Shown in pieces: positions 46,007 through 56,292 of a DNA stretch of 64,000 nucleotides. The notes beneath the pieces were generated by a model, which saw only the letters and a program-made list of their open reading frames with translations, had not been told where the DNA came from and made no database searches. Each line of letters begins with the position of its first letter. Positions within the stretch are counted from its first letter, which is position 1. The DNA is from Bacteroidales bacterium. Lineage in GTDB: Bacteria; Bacteroidota; Bacteroidia; Bacteroidales; VadinHA17. The stretch spans positions 11,381-75,380 of the forward strand of contig DAOSAY010000006.1 of assembly GCA_035360515.1 (NCBI GenBank), written 5' to 3'. The translations under genes and the position numbers were made by a program.

Positions 46007-49000
46007 TCACTCATTGGGTGAAGCGGGCATTTCCCACTTTTTATATTTTGCATATGAAAGAATCGCAAGTGCAACTATCACTGCAATAGCTAAATAGACA
46101 AACGCCGGAACAGGAACAGGATCTCCTCCGGCATATGAATGGAGACCCGACAGATAATAATTTACTCCAAAATATGTCATCAAAACTGATGATATTGCCA
46201 GAACCGACAGTAGATTGAATGCATAAATATTTTTCAGAGAGGGCATCATGCGTGAATGTACTACAAAGCTGTAAACAATAATTGTTATAAGCGACCATGT
46301 CTCCTTGGGATCCCAGCCCCAGTAACGACCCCACGACTCGTTTGCCCATATAGCTCCGAGAAAAGTCCCGATGGTAAGAAGGTAAAGACCGATTATCAAT
46401 GTACGGTAATTAATAACTGTCAGCGATTCTATTGTTTCTCCTGTCGTTGAGATATTCTTTTCATTCGAAAAGATAAGCAATATCATTACTATCAGCCCCA
46501 GAACCGCACCCAGACCAAGAAATGCATAACTGCTTGTTATAACTGAGACGTGAAGGGTGAGCCAGTACGACTTAAGAACAGGTACAAGGTTAGTAATCTC
46601 GGGGTCCATGAAACTCATGTGGGCTACAAGCAGTGTCATGGCCGAGAGAACTGCAGTGGCAGGAAGGGTAAATGAAGATTTCCTGCTGAAGATGAAACCT
46701 GCAAGTAATGTGACCCAGGAAATGAATATCATCGATTCATAGCCGTTACTGAGAGGGGCATGTCCTGAAACATACCATCTGAGAGCGATGCCAGTTGTAT
46801 GTGCAATGAAACCGACAAAGAGTAACCAGAATACCAGCAGGTTAATTAACCTGCTGTCTCCCTGTCCCCTTATCAATTGAATTATGAGGATAACAAGCGC
46901 CACGATTCCTGTGGTTGCATAGAAGGGAAAGAGTTTTTCAAAAACTGATGCCTTAATAAATAATAGTTCAGCCTTTATTTTTGAATCAGACGGCAGTTTA
47001 TAACCTGCGAACCGGCGCTGGTACTCAAGCAATGAACGGGTAACAAGCTTCGCCTGTGAAATGTTTCCCACGCTTGCCGCCTGATAAAATGCCGAAAGGA
47101 TACTTCCAACATAAAGAGAATCTTCACGGCTGAAGGCATTCTTCATTGCCGTCTCGGCATTGCCCCATGAGCCCAGACTATCCCTCAGGGGAAACAGCTT
47201 CATAAATTCCCCTGTATAGACCATATAAACAATGTTTACCCGTTCATCGGTTTTGATAACTTCCTTGTCGTATTTATTTCTCTCGGCCGGCCTCTTTGAA
47301 TAAGCCCTTTCTACATCATCAGAGAGTTTATAGTTTCCATCCCTTTTGAAATCCACAATGTCGCTGAAAGCAGCCATCCTGCCATTTAAACCGATTTTCT
47401 TTGCCAGATTCCTGTTAGAAATCCTTATCAAGGGCACATTCTGCCAGTTCTGAAAGTCGAAATAAATCCCCAGCAAAACCTGCATTGATGTCAGTCCTTC
47501 AAAACTTGTTTTATGTGCCACCTTTCTCAGAATATCATTACTGAGAGTATAAAGCGGTTCGGTACGTCCTTTCTGGTCCTGTATAAGAACCTTACCGAAC
47601 TCATCGGCAGCCCTCCTGTCGGGAATAAACCTCTGCTGTGCCTCAAGTGATGAAAAGCCACAAAGAACAACAAAAACAGCAATGGCAAGTATCTTCCTGC
47701 TGAATGGGGAATGCCAGTAGCTGATGTTTGCCTTGCGGAATAGTGAGTTCTTATTCAGAAGCGATAATATAATAAACAGGAAAAGTATACCATAACCTGT
47801 ATAAGTAACCATCATTCCGACAATATCATGATTGACCGACAGTATAGTACCTCTTTCGTCAGAATCATACGAAGCCTGGTAAAACCTGTATCCCCTGTAT
47901 TTCAGTATTCTGTTCATGTAAATGAGATACGGTTTCGATATCCCAGCCTCATGGTCATTAAGTAAAACATCACTTTTATAACCCGATGGAGTGTTCGAGC
48001 CAGGATATCTTTCAAGAATAAAATCATTAAGCTTAAGAGAGAACGGCAATTTGATAATTTTCGAGCCAAAGGAAATGCTTAATGTTTTTCCACCTATGCT
48101 GGTTGAGGCTTCTGAGACATATTCGCCTGGATTGTTCCAGAGAGTAACTGTGTAAGTATTGGATCCTTCAAATACATGAAAGATCATCGCACTCTTTCCT
48201 TCTTCAATTCTTTCCATGCCAGCCGGTTCAACCGATATTATCCCTTTGAGGGTGAATCTCTGGGGAACAAACTTCACATCTCCTGCTGAGATCACCTGCA
48301 TCTGTTTCAAAGGGATCTTTTCACCAGGCCTGAATGTGATCTTATCCCCGCCCATCATGTTTGTGACTGATGTTTCAAGGGCAGGGGTAAACCAGAAGCC
48401 AGTGCTGTCGGCTGTTATTCTTACATCCGCTTCTGTATCGCTGTTAAAGCTCACCGAAAGAGCTCCAGCAATAGTTGATTCCCCTTCCTTGATTATGAGG
48501 TTCTGCATGCCCCGGTTGGGCAGGCTCACCAGAAACGAAACAACTGGTGATCCCGAAGGAGACTCTTCAACCGATTCAATTGCGTCAGGAATAACCTGAG
48601 CAAGGCGAAGTACAAGGTTTTCATTTATTTTCCTTTCGAAGCTGCCACGCTCCAGCGCCGGAGAATATTTTTCGTATCTCTCAGCTATAATGTTACCACC
48701 TTCATCCTTAAGAGCATACCCAAGGTACTTTTCTGCAGAAAAGACTCTGTTTTCTTCTTCTCCTTCCCTTATGTGTATTGTGCCCTCATAACCAGTGTAT
48801 CGCGTAAGGCCAGCCCCTGCAAGCATTACTATAAAAGCCAGATGAAACCCCATAATGGTTATTTTCTCCTTCCTCCACAAACGGTACTGAAACACCTGTC
48901 CTGCCAGATTTACGGCAAGTAGAATCATAATTAACTCAAACCATTTAGTGCCGTAAACAACACCATAAGCCATCTCCCTTCCGTAATCGTTTTCGATAAA

Positions 49001-49087
49001 TGTTGCCACCGCCATTGCCAGGGCAAAGAAAAAGAACAGGAGTGCCATCAGAACAGGGGAAAATAGAAACCTTAAAATTTTCATCAT
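46007..49087 (-). CDS. ccsBA: cytochrome c biogenesis system II fusion protein CcsBA (ResB-like + CcsA)
   Basis: 1026 aa. N-terminal ResB/CcsB-like TM + large periplasmic domain. C-terminal CcsA with Trp-rich haem-handling motif WGRYWGWDPKETW. Confidence 0.8.
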   Translation of the reverse strand: MMKILRFLFSPVLMALLFFFFALAMAVATFIENDYGREMAYGVVYGTKWFELIMILLAVNLAGQVFQYRLWRKEKITIMGFHLAFIVMLAGAGLTRYTGYEGTIHIREGEEENRVFSAEKYLGYALKDEGGNIIAERYEKYSPALERGSFERKINENLVLRLAQVIPDAIESVEESPSGSPVVSFLVSLPNRGMQNLIIKEGESTIAGALSVSFNSDTEADVRITADSTGFWFTPALETSVTNMMGGDKITFRPGEKIPLKQMQVISAGDVKFVPQRFTLKGIISVEPAGMERIEEGKSAMIFHVFEGSNTYTVTLWNNPGEYVSEASTSIGGKTLSISFGSKIIKLPFSLKLNDFILERYPGSNTPSGYKSDVLLNDHEAGISKPYLIYMNRILKYRGYRFYQASYDSDERGTILSVNHDIVGMMVTYTGYGILFLFIILSLLNKNSLFRKANISYWHSPFSRKILAIAVFVVLCGFSSLEAQQRFIPDRRAADEFGKVLIQDQKGRTEPLYTLSNDILRKVAHKTSFEGLTSMQVLLGIYFDFQNWQNVPLIRISNRNLAKKIGLNGRMAAFSDIVDFKRDGNYKLSDDVERAYSKRPAERNKYDKEVIKTDERVNIVYMVYTGEFMKLFPLRDSLGSWGNAETAMKNAFSREDSLYVGSILSAFYQAASVGNISQAKLVTRSLLEYQRRFAGYKLPSDSKIKAELLFIKASVFEKLFPFYATTGIVALVILIIQLIRGQGDSRLINLLVFWLLFVGFIAHTTGIALRWYVSGHAPLSNGYESMIFISWVTLLAGFIFSRKSSFTLPATAVLSAMTLLVAHMSFMDPEITNLVPVLKSYWLTLHVSVITSSYAFLGLGAVLGLIVMILLIFSNEKNISTTGETIESLTVINYRTLIIGLYLLTIGTFLGAIWANESWGRYWGWDPKETWSLITIIVYSFVVHSRMMPSLKNIYAFNLLSVLAISSVLMTYFGVNYYLSGLHSYAGGDPVPVPAFVYLAIAVIVALAILSYAKYKKWEMPASPNE

Positions 49088-49248
49088 TTTTAATTCAATA
49101 ACATATTAAGCAATAGATAACTTATAAGTCTGCAGAATGGTTCAAGTTTACAACAAAATACTAATTAACAATACGATAAAATTGCTGATAATGAGCAAGT
49201 TTAATATAGCATTAATGGTTGAACTATTACAGAAAATATAAAAAGCAG

Positions 49249-49650
49249 TTATTTCTTAAACGTTCTCATATAATGAATAATCTTCCAGATGTCTTCATCC
49301 TGCAGCCTGCCATCGTATTTGGGCATCTCACCCCTTCCGAATTTGGTTTTGTAAAAATGCTCGCCGTCAGTCTGATTCTGGTATTCAGGTCCGGAAAAAT
49401 CTCCAGAATATGTCTGGAGTGCCCTCGACTTTACTCCATCACCCAATCCGGTTTTACCGTGGCATGACGCACAATATTTTGTGTAAAGGGCCTGGCCCTC
49501 CTTTATGCTTGCTTCGTCTTTCGGAACAGGGTTGACCATATTTTTATATTCTTCTGGAACCGGCCATGGTTCAGGCTTCTTCTGTCCAAAAACAAAAAGA
49601 GGCATAAGTAGAATCAGAAACGCAAAAAACAGTTTTCTTAATAAAGGCAT
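49249..49650 (-). CDS. monohaem class I c-type cytochrome, secreted
   Basis: 133 aa. Signal peptide VFG/QK. Single CASCH haem site with distal GEMP Met. Confidence 0.85.
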   Translation of the reverse strand: MPLLRKLFFAFLILLMPLFVFGQKKPEPWPVPEEYKNMVNPVPKDEASIKEGQALYTKYCASCHGKTGLGDGVKSRALQTYSGDFSGPEYQNQTDGEHFYKTKFGRGEMPKYDGRLQDEDIWKIIHYMRTFKK

Positions 49651-49746
49651 ACGATTAAGTTTTAAAATTTTGGGATGATAAAATTAATAAAACTCCTGAA
49701 CAGGAAAAATGTTTATCTTTATTAATCAATTATCAAAAATTCAGGT

Positions 49747-50424
49747 ATGATATCAGATTCCGTTCTGAAACAATTCTTATTCCTTGCACTTCATCCGGAA
49801 AAAGGAAGGGTAAGGATAGATTCCATGAGGTTCAGATATGCATTAGCAGGAGCATATCTTATGGAGCTTTTAACCAGGAAGGAAATTAAAATAGAAGATA
49901 AAAGGATAAATCATTCGTTGAGAAAAAACGGAGAGCCAGTTCATGATACTATTGTTGAAATATTTGAAAAGCAGAAGCGTCCGAGAAGGGTCAGGTACTG
50001 GATAAACCGGCTCTCGTGGAAAAGCAGATTTATCTTCAGAGAAACAATGAAATATCTCTCTTCATCGGGGTTGTTAAGGCATGAGAAACACTATTTTCTT
50101 GGCATCATACCTGTTAACAGGTACTTTATTTCAGACATAAGGAACCAGAAAGATGTTGTTGATAAAATCAGGCGTGTTCTACTTTATAATGATTCTCCTT
50201 CGAGGGAAGTGCTTATGCTGGTAAGTCTGGTCAGGATGACGGAATCGGAAAAGCTGATTGCTGAGTCTAAAGAAGAAAGGAGACTTCTTCGTAACAAAAT
50301 AAAACAATTAACCGACGACAAGAGCGGTCTGATTGATCCGGAAGTTGCTGAAATTCAGAAATCTGTATTGTCAGCAATTACTGCTGCACGTTCAGCAGCC
50401 GTTACTGTAGCGGCTTCAGGCTGA
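49747..50424 (+). CDS. GPP34/GOLPH3 family protein
   Basis: 225 aa. N-terminal pattern LFLALHPEKGRV..RYALAGAYLMELL and later spacing match my memory of bacterial GPP34 (PF05719) members. Confidence 0.6.
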   Translation: MISDSVLKQFLFLALHPEKGRVRIDSMRFRYALAGAYLMELLTRKEIKIEDKRINHSLRKNGEPVHDTIVEIFEKQKRPRRVRYWINRLSWKSRFIFRETMKYLSSSGLLRHEKHYFLGIIPVNRYFISDIRNQKDVVDKIRRVLLYNDSPSREVLMLVSLVRMTESEKLIAESKEERRLLRNKIKQLTDDKSGLIDPEVAEIQKSVLSAITAARSAAVTVAASG

Positions 50425-50435
50425 TAAAACTGGTA

Positions 50436-51269
50436 CTACTTTTTATAATATTTCATTGCCTCAGGGATAGCCTCTTTGATTTTTGCTATCCTTGTTTCAT
50501 CGGATGGATGCGTACTGAGAAATTCAGGTGGTTTTGTTCCTCCCATTGAAGCCATTCTTTCCCAGAACGAAACAGCTGATTGGGGATCATAGCCTGCCAT
50601 AGCCATAAAAATAAGTCCCAGTCGGTCGGCTTCAAGCTCGTGCCTGCGAGAATAAGGCAACAACACTCCCACCTGTGAACCAAGGCCGTATGCTGTAAGA
50701 AAAATGCTGCGTGTTTCCTCGGGTTTTGTTTTCAGGGCCTCGCTGAGGGCTATACCTCCAAGCTGTGCCAGAAGCTGCTGGCTCATCCGCTCATTGCCAT
50801 GACGTGCTACTGCATGGGCAATCTCATGACTTATAACCACTGCCAGACCGTTTTTATCTACAGTATATGGCAGAATGCCCTTGTATACCACAACTTTACC
50901 TCCGGGCATGCACCATGCATTGGCTTCCTGGCTCTCTACCAGGTTAAATTCCCAGGCATAACCCTCAAGACGGCTTTCAATCCTGTTATCCGTAAAATAC
51001 TTCTGCACTGCCGATGCAATATTGTTACCAACTTCCTTTACCACTGCTGAACTGGAAGCATCTGGAGAAGGGGGATTTTCCTTAAGGAATTCGGAATAAT
51101 TTGTGAGTCCCATAGCAATCATCTCCGACTCAGGCAGCAGATTAACCTGCCTTCTTCCTGTAAGCGGTACAGTGGAACATGCCTGAAATACAAGCAATAT
51201 AATTATTAAACAAGAAAAAATAACTCCTGCTTTTTTCATGGTTTTTACTTCTGCTGTAAAGATAACCAA
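50436..51269 (-). CDS. M48 family metallopeptidase lipoprotein (LoiP/YggG-like)
   Basis: HEIAHAVARH zinc motif. Lipobox VFQAC. The likely start is at MKKAGV (51239). Confidence 0.8.
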   Translation of the reverse strand: MVIFTAEVKTMKKAGVIFSCLIIILLVFQACSTVPLTGRRQVNLLPESEMIAMGLTNYSEFLKENPPSPDASSSAVVKEVGNNIASAVQKYFTDNRIESRLEGYAWEFNLVESQEANAWCMPGGKVVVYKGILPYTVDKNGLAVVISHEIAHAVARHGNERMSQQLLAQLGGIALSEALKTKPEETRSIFLTAYGLGSQVGVLLPYSRRHELEADRLGLIFMAMAGYDPQSAVSFWERMASMGGTKPPEFLSTHPSDETRIAKIKEAIPEAMKYYKK

Positions 51270-51282
51270 TTGATTTTAAAAA

Positions 51283-53061
51283 TCAGAATTTATAATCGTT
51301 ATCAGCAATAAGTTTATCGGCTATTCTTCGTCTTGCATCCTTTACATTCAGACAGTCTGTTCTGGTAAATTTCTCCACCGCCTCAAGCAGTCTGCCGGCC
51401 TCATCAGGTGAAGCAAATGAACATATTGCATCCGAAGCATTTTTTCTTACCCTGAATGCAGCATCGTACACAAATACATCTATGATATCCCTGTATACAG
51501 GGTCTGTTCCTTTCATACCTTCACGTTTTTCAACCCTCAGTGCCAGTGATTCTGCCAGATAGGTATCAATCATTATGTCAGTAATATTGTTCAGAACTTC
51601 CTGTTCGTTCACAAGACCTTTTTCGAACTTTTTAGTTGCACCGTGTATACAAAGCAGTGCAGCCTTCTTCATATTTCTGATCATTTTCTTTTTGCGGTTG
51701 AAATAACCATCATTATCCTGCAGCTTTTCAACTGACTCATCCGGATTGTTATAAATTTTTTCAGCTGGTCCGAAGAGGTCAAATTCTCCTTTCATTGCTC
51801 TCTTCATGGCGGTATCAGAAACGAGAAGGCGGTTTATTTCGTTTGTACCTTCAAATATTCTGTTGATTCTTGAATCGCGGTAACTTCTTTCGACATCCAT
51901 TTCAGCTGAATAACCCATACCACCGTGTATCTGAACAGCCTCATCCACAACATAATCGAGCATTTCAGAGCCGGCAACCTTCAGGAGAGCCGCTTCGACG
52001 GCGTAATGACTGATAGCCTCAATCGCTGCCCTGCCTTTATCAGGCATTTCAGCCTTCAGGATTTCCATCATATCGTCTATATCTTTACTTACCCTGTAGA
52101 CTGCCGATTCGGCTGCATAGCACCTTATTACCTGTTCGGCAAGTTTATATTTTATTGCCCCGAAGCTGGAAATTAGAACACCAAACTGCTTTCTCTCGTT
52201 GGCATATTTTACAGAATCAGTGATAGATTTTTTTGCAGCGCCCAGAACATTGGCTCCAAGCTTTATTCTTCCCATGTGAAGTATTGAGAGAGCTATCCTG
52301 AATCCTTCTCCCCTCTTTCCAAGCATATTTTCAGCCGGCACTTTCACATCGTTAAAAAATATCTGTGCGGTGGAAGAGCCTTTTATACCCATTTTGTGTT
52401 CATCGGCACCGATGACAACACCTGGCCATGACGATTCAACAATAAAGGCACTGAGAACTCTGTCGTTTTCAACTTTTGCGAAGACAATAAGTGTGTCGGC
52501 GAACCCTGCATTGGTAATCCACATCTTTTGCCCGTTCAATATATAGTATTTCCCGTCCTCGCTGGGGCGGGCGTTTGTTTTTCCGGAGTTAGCATCGCTG
52601 CCTGCTCCAGGCTCAGTGAGGCAGTATGCCCCAAGAAATTCGCCTGTAGCCAGCTTCGGCACATATCTTTGCCGCTGGTCTTCATTACCGTAATAAACTA
52701 TCGGCATGGTACCTATTCCGCAATGCGCCATAAATGCCACCGAGAATGAGTAACCGGCCCCGGTGGTCTCGGCTGCAAACATCTGTGTAACAAATGACTG
52801 ACCGAAACCGCCATATTCCTCAGGAACAGAGATGCCCATAAGCCCGAGTTCGCCCGATTTCTTCAGAATACTCTTCATTAGTTCCCTGTCGCCCTTCTCA
52901 AGCTGAGGTATGGCAGGGTAAACTTCAGCAGCAAGAAAATCACGGCATGTCTGTGCTATCATCTTTTGTTCCTCATTGAACTCTTCGGGAATGAAGATAT
53001 CACTGGCTGAAGTTTCCTTTATCAGAAACTCGCCACTACGTATAAGCTTGTCTTTTTCCAT
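51283..53061 (-). CDS. long-type acyl-CoA dehydrogenase
   Basis: 592 aa. ACAD N/M/C domains (CLTEPGAGSD, QIHGGMGY, RIFEGTNEI) plus a C-terminal extension. Confidence 0.88.
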   Translation of the reverse strand: MEKDKLIRSGEFLIKETSASDIFIPEEFNEEQKMIAQTCRDFLAAEVYPAIPQLEKGDRELMKSILKKSGELGLMGISVPEEYGGFGQSFVTQMFAAETTGAGYSFSVAFMAHCGIGTMPIVYYGNEDQRQRYVPKLATGEFLGAYCLTEPGAGSDANSGKTNARPSEDGKYYILNGQKMWITNAGFADTLIVFAKVENDRVLSAFIVESSWPGVVIGADEHKMGIKGSSTAQIFFNDVKVPAENMLGKRGEGFRIALSILHMGRIKLGANVLGAAKKSITDSVKYANERKQFGVLISSFGAIKYKLAEQVIRCYAAESAVYRVSKDIDDMMEILKAEMPDKGRAAIEAISHYAVEAALLKVAGSEMLDYVVDEAVQIHGGMGYSAEMDVERSYRDSRINRIFEGTNEINRLLVSDTAMKRAMKGEFDLFGPAEKIYNNPDESVEKLQDNDGYFNRKKKMIRNMKKAALLCIHGATKKFEKGLVNEQEVLNNITDIMIDTYLAESLALRVEKREGMKGTDPVYRDIIDVFVYDAAFRVRKNASDAICSFASPDEAGRLLEAVEKFTRTDCLNVKDARRRIADKLIADNDYKF

Positions 53062-53086
53062 CTTTCAGGTTGTTTGATTTTTTTGA

Positions 53087-53881
53087 TTATAGTCCGAGAG
53101 ATTGTGCTATAATCTCTGCAATATCAAGATTTTTTATTTCCTGTTCACGGCCTTTATATTTCAGCCCGTCGGTTATCATCGTCATGCAAAAAGGACAGGC
53201 AGTGGCAATTACACTGGCACCTGTTTCGAGAGCCTCTTCCGTACGTTCAATAAAGATCTCCTTTGTGCCTTTCTCTGCTTCCTTGAACATCTGCCCTCCC
53301 CCGGCACCACAACACAGGGCAAAGCTCCGGTTTCTTTTCATTTCCCTGAAATCAGCATTAACAGACCTCAGAACCTCCCTCGGTTCTTCATATACCTCAT
53401 TTGCCCTCCCAAGATAACAGGGGTCATGATATGTAATTCTCGAATCTTTAAAGGCTTCTTTACCAGGTTTAAGCTTCCTTTCCTCAATACATTTATTAAG
53501 GAACTGTATATAATTCACCACTTCATAATGGCCTCCCAGGTCGGGGTATTCATTTTTGAAAACATTATAGCAATGTGGGCATATTGTAAGGATCTTCTTA
53601 ACCTCATAACGGTTCAGAATATCTATTACCTGCAGAGCCTGCATCTGAAAAAGCATCTCATTCCCAGCCCTGCGGGCCGGATCGCCATTGCAGGTCTCTT
53701 CCTTTCCCAGCACAGCATAACTGATATTGAGATATTCAAGAATCTTTACAAATGCTCTTACAACCTTTTTATACCTGTCGTCGTACGCACCCGCACAACC
53801 TACCCATAGCAGATACTCAGGCTTTTCACCCCTGGCAAAAAGTTCAGACATGACAGGTATTTCAATCTTCCGGGTTTCCAT
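53087..53881 (-). CDS. CCG-domain (heterodisulfide-reductase-like) Fe-S protein, soluble part of an EtfD-like oxidoreductase
   Basis: 264 aa. Two cysteine-rich CCG-type repeats (VGCAG..CPHC..DPCY and LCCGAGGG..CPFC). Confidence 0.75.
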   Translation of the reverse strand: METRKIEIPVMSELFARGEKPEYLLWVGCAGAYDDRYKKVVRAFVKILEYLNISYAVLGKEETCNGDPARRAGNEMLFQMQALQVIDILNRYEVKKILTICPHCYNVFKNEYPDLGGHYEVVNYIQFLNKCIEERKLKPGKEAFKDSRITYHDPCYLGRANEVYEEPREVLRSVNADFREMKRNRSFALCCGAGGGQMFKEAEKGTKEIFIERTEEALETGASVIATACPFCMTMITDGLKYKGREQEIKNLDIAEIIAQSLGL

Positions 53882-53914
53882 AAGAAAATATTATTATACT
53901 GTTTCTGGAGCTAA

Positions 53915-55234
53915 TCAGTTTATATTTATTTCAAGGTCTTTTGCCCAGTTAAGGCGATCTTCGGGCGAATATTGCCATGGCGCGCCATTATTTTCAATAT
54001 TGCTGAACATTGCCTTCAACTGACCGGGCGCTGAGCCTTCCTCCATCACCAGGTACCTCCGCATATCAATAATTAATGAGGGGTGATTGATGTTTACCGG
54101 ACATTCCCTAGCACACGCATTGCATGTTGTGCATGCCCATAACTCTTCTTCCGAGATATAATCACGTAACAGTGATTTCCAGTCGTTGTAGTCCCTTCCC
54201 TTTCTCACCATTTCAGGACCTTTCTCCTTCATCCTTGCCCTGAGATCCATCATTATTTTCCTCGGCGAAAGTTTCTTTCCTGTAAGATTTGCAGGACAAA
54301 CGGAAGTGCACCTTCCGCATTCAGTACACGAAAGAGAATCAAGGTAATTTTTCCATGTGACATCTTCAACATCTTTTACTCCGAAGCGTCCTGGTGCTGC
54401 TTCCTGGTCAGATGAAGATGTTGCCACTTCAGGATAAAGCATCAGCTTCACCTCCCTTGTCACGCTTTCCATATTCGCAAGTTTCCCTAATGGTTCAAGT
54501 CTCGATAAAAACACATTGGGAATTGACATGAAAACATGAAAATGCTTGGAATAAGGCAGATAATTTGCAAAGAAGAAAATAGTAAGAATATGCGACCACC
54601 AGGAAATGCGGTGAAGCAGCCAGAAATGTTCAGCATTTGACCCAGACAGTAATCCTGCTAAAATAGCGCTTACCGGATAGACTCCGTGAATTTTTTCTCC
54701 GGTCAGCTCAGCATGCTTTATATATCCGGCATTCATTCCGAGCAGGGTTATCATCAGGAATAAGATAAGTGACAGCGAGACTATTGCATCGATGTGGGAT
54801 TTCTTCTTCATTTCAATTCCTTCAAAGCGTTTGATTTTCAGGAAAAGACGCCGTGTCAGGAATACCACTACCGAAACGAGAACCAGTAATGCGAATATAT
54901 CACCGGCAGCCATAATGAAATCGTGAACAGGACCCAGAAACCTGAGAGATTTTTCTGTTCCTGAAACACCGTCAATTACCATTTCGATGCTTCCAAGGAG
55001 AATAATACAGAAACCCCAGAACACCAGGGCATGAAGAAATCCAACCACTGGCCGGCGCAAGATTTTTGACTGTCCGAATGCTACTTTCAGCATCATGCTG
55101 AATCTCTTCCCGAAATCCTTTACCGGAAAGGCCGGTTTTGTAAGACGGAAAAGAGCTGCAATACGGCTTACTGTATAGTAGAAAACTCCGAATGTAACAA
55201 GAAGGGCTAGTATAAAAATAATCTGTCCTGTCAT
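53915..55234 (-). CDS. membrane-anchored 4Fe-4S dicluster protein (NarI/DsrM-like TM domain + ferredoxin domain), EtfD-like
   Basis: 439 aa. About 5-6 TM segments with conserved His (HALVFWGF, SKHFHVF). Two CxxCxxCxxxCP motifs (CTECGRCTSVCP, CTTCNACARECP). Confidence 0.75.
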   Translation of the reverse strand: MTGQIIFILALLVTFGVFYYTVSRIAALFRLTKPAFPVKDFGKRFSMMLKVAFGQSKILRRPVVGFLHALVFWGFCIILLGSIEMVIDGVSGTEKSLRFLGPVHDFIMAAGDIFALLVLVSVVVFLTRRLFLKIKRFEGIEMKKKSHIDAIVSLSLILFLMITLLGMNAGYIKHAELTGEKIHGVYPVSAILAGLLSGSNAEHFWLLHRISWWSHILTIFFFANYLPYSKHFHVFMSIPNVFLSRLEPLGKLANMESVTREVKLMLYPEVATSSSDQEAAPGRFGVKDVEDVTWKNYLDSLSCTECGRCTSVCPANLTGKKLSPRKIMMDLRARMKEKGPEMVRKGRDYNDWKSLLRDYISEEELWACTTCNACARECPVNINHPSLIIDMRRYLVMEEGSAPGQLKAMFSNIENNGAPWQYSPEDRLNWAKDLEININ

Positions 55235-55297
55235 TTAATGGTTATTTCATAAAATTTATCCTTGATTATTCCTGATTAATTTTATGAATTTACGGAA

Positions 55298-56266
55298 TTA
55301 TTTTTTCAATTCCCTTACGGCTTCAACAAGTTTTGGGAGAACCTTCATCGCATCACCAACTATTCCGTATTGTGCTGCCTCAAAAATTGGAGCATCTTTG
55401 TCGATGTTTATTGCCACAATATATTTCGACGAACTTATACCTGCAAGGTGTTGTGTTGCTCCGGATATTCCCACGGCGATGTAGAGGTTCGGGGCTATTA
55501 TTTTACCAGTCTGTCCGGTATGTTCTTCATGGGGTCTCCAGCCTTCGTCTGAAACAGGTCTCGAACATGCGGTTGCTCCGCCGAGAAGTTCTGCCAGTTC
55601 TACCAGCGGTCCCCAGTTATCGGGTGATTTCATCCCCCTGCCACCTGAAACAACTATTTCAGCATCGGTAAGCAATACCTTGCCTGTCTGTTTCTGTACA
55701 TCCAGCACTTCTGTCTTTACCATACCCGGTTCAACATTCCATGCCACTCTTTCAATTTCGGCATTGTTTGCTGTTTCTTTTATGTCGTATGAATTCTGCA
55801 GAAGGGAAAGGACTTTTATTTCTGATTTTATTACAGTATGGGCGAAGGCATTACCCGAATAGACTTTTTTGCGAATAGTGAAAGGTTCCACGCTGGAAGG
55901 AAGAGCGTTTACAGCTGCTGCCACTCCCGCCTTTAGTCTAACCGCCACTCCCGGAGCAATAGCTTTTCCTGAATTATTGTTGGAAAATACAATAACTTTT
56001 GAGTTTTCTTTTTCTGCAATCCCGGCAATAATGGATGTATATATCTTATTATCAAGATATTTTAATGAATCTCCGGTAACACATATCACTTTCTTTGCTC
56101 CGTAGTTGCCAAGCTTCTTAAGTTCTTCATCTTCAACCTGCCCTATTGTAAGGGCAACTACTCCAGTATTAATCATTTCTGCAATTGCAGCAGAATATGA
56201 AACGAGTTCGAATGAAAGTTTCTTAAACTTTCCGTCCCAGTTTTCTGTATAAACTAAAACTGACAT
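55298..56266 (-). CDS. etfA: electron transfer flavoprotein subunit alpha
   Basis: 322 aa with C-terminal FAD-binding block APNLYIAVGISGATQHLAG. Confidence 0.92.
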   Translation of the reverse strand: MSVLVYTENWDGKFKKLSFELVSYSAAIAEMINTGVVALTIGQVEDEELKKLGNYGAKKVICVTGDSLKYLDNKIYTSIIAGIAEKENSKVIVFSNNNSGKAIAPGVAVRLKAGVAAAVNALPSSVEPFTIRKKVYSGNAFAHTVIKSEIKVLSLLQNSYDIKETANNAEIERVAWNVEPGMVKTEVLDVQKQTGKVLLTDAEIVVSGGRGMKSPDNWGPLVELAELLGGATACSRPVSDEGWRPHEEHTGQTGKIIAPNLYIAVGISGATQHLAGISSSKYIVAINIDKDAPIFEAAQYGIVGDAMKVLPKLVEAVRELKK

Positions 56267-56292
56267 GATTTTCTTTTTGATTGATTTGACAA

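Noticed and set aside
53102-53809. 235-aa ORF antisense to the CCG-domain Fe-S protein gene
   Set aside because: The opposite strand carries clear CCG cysteine motifs. This frame has none and is a shadow ORF.
53882-53914. Possibility that the two EtfD-like ORFs are a frameshifted pseudogene of a single fused gene
   Set aside because: There is a clean TAA stop, a 33-nt A/T-rich spacer and an in-context ATG. Both ORFs are full-length for their domains. I recall the two-gene arrangement from other Bacteroidota, but this is unverified.
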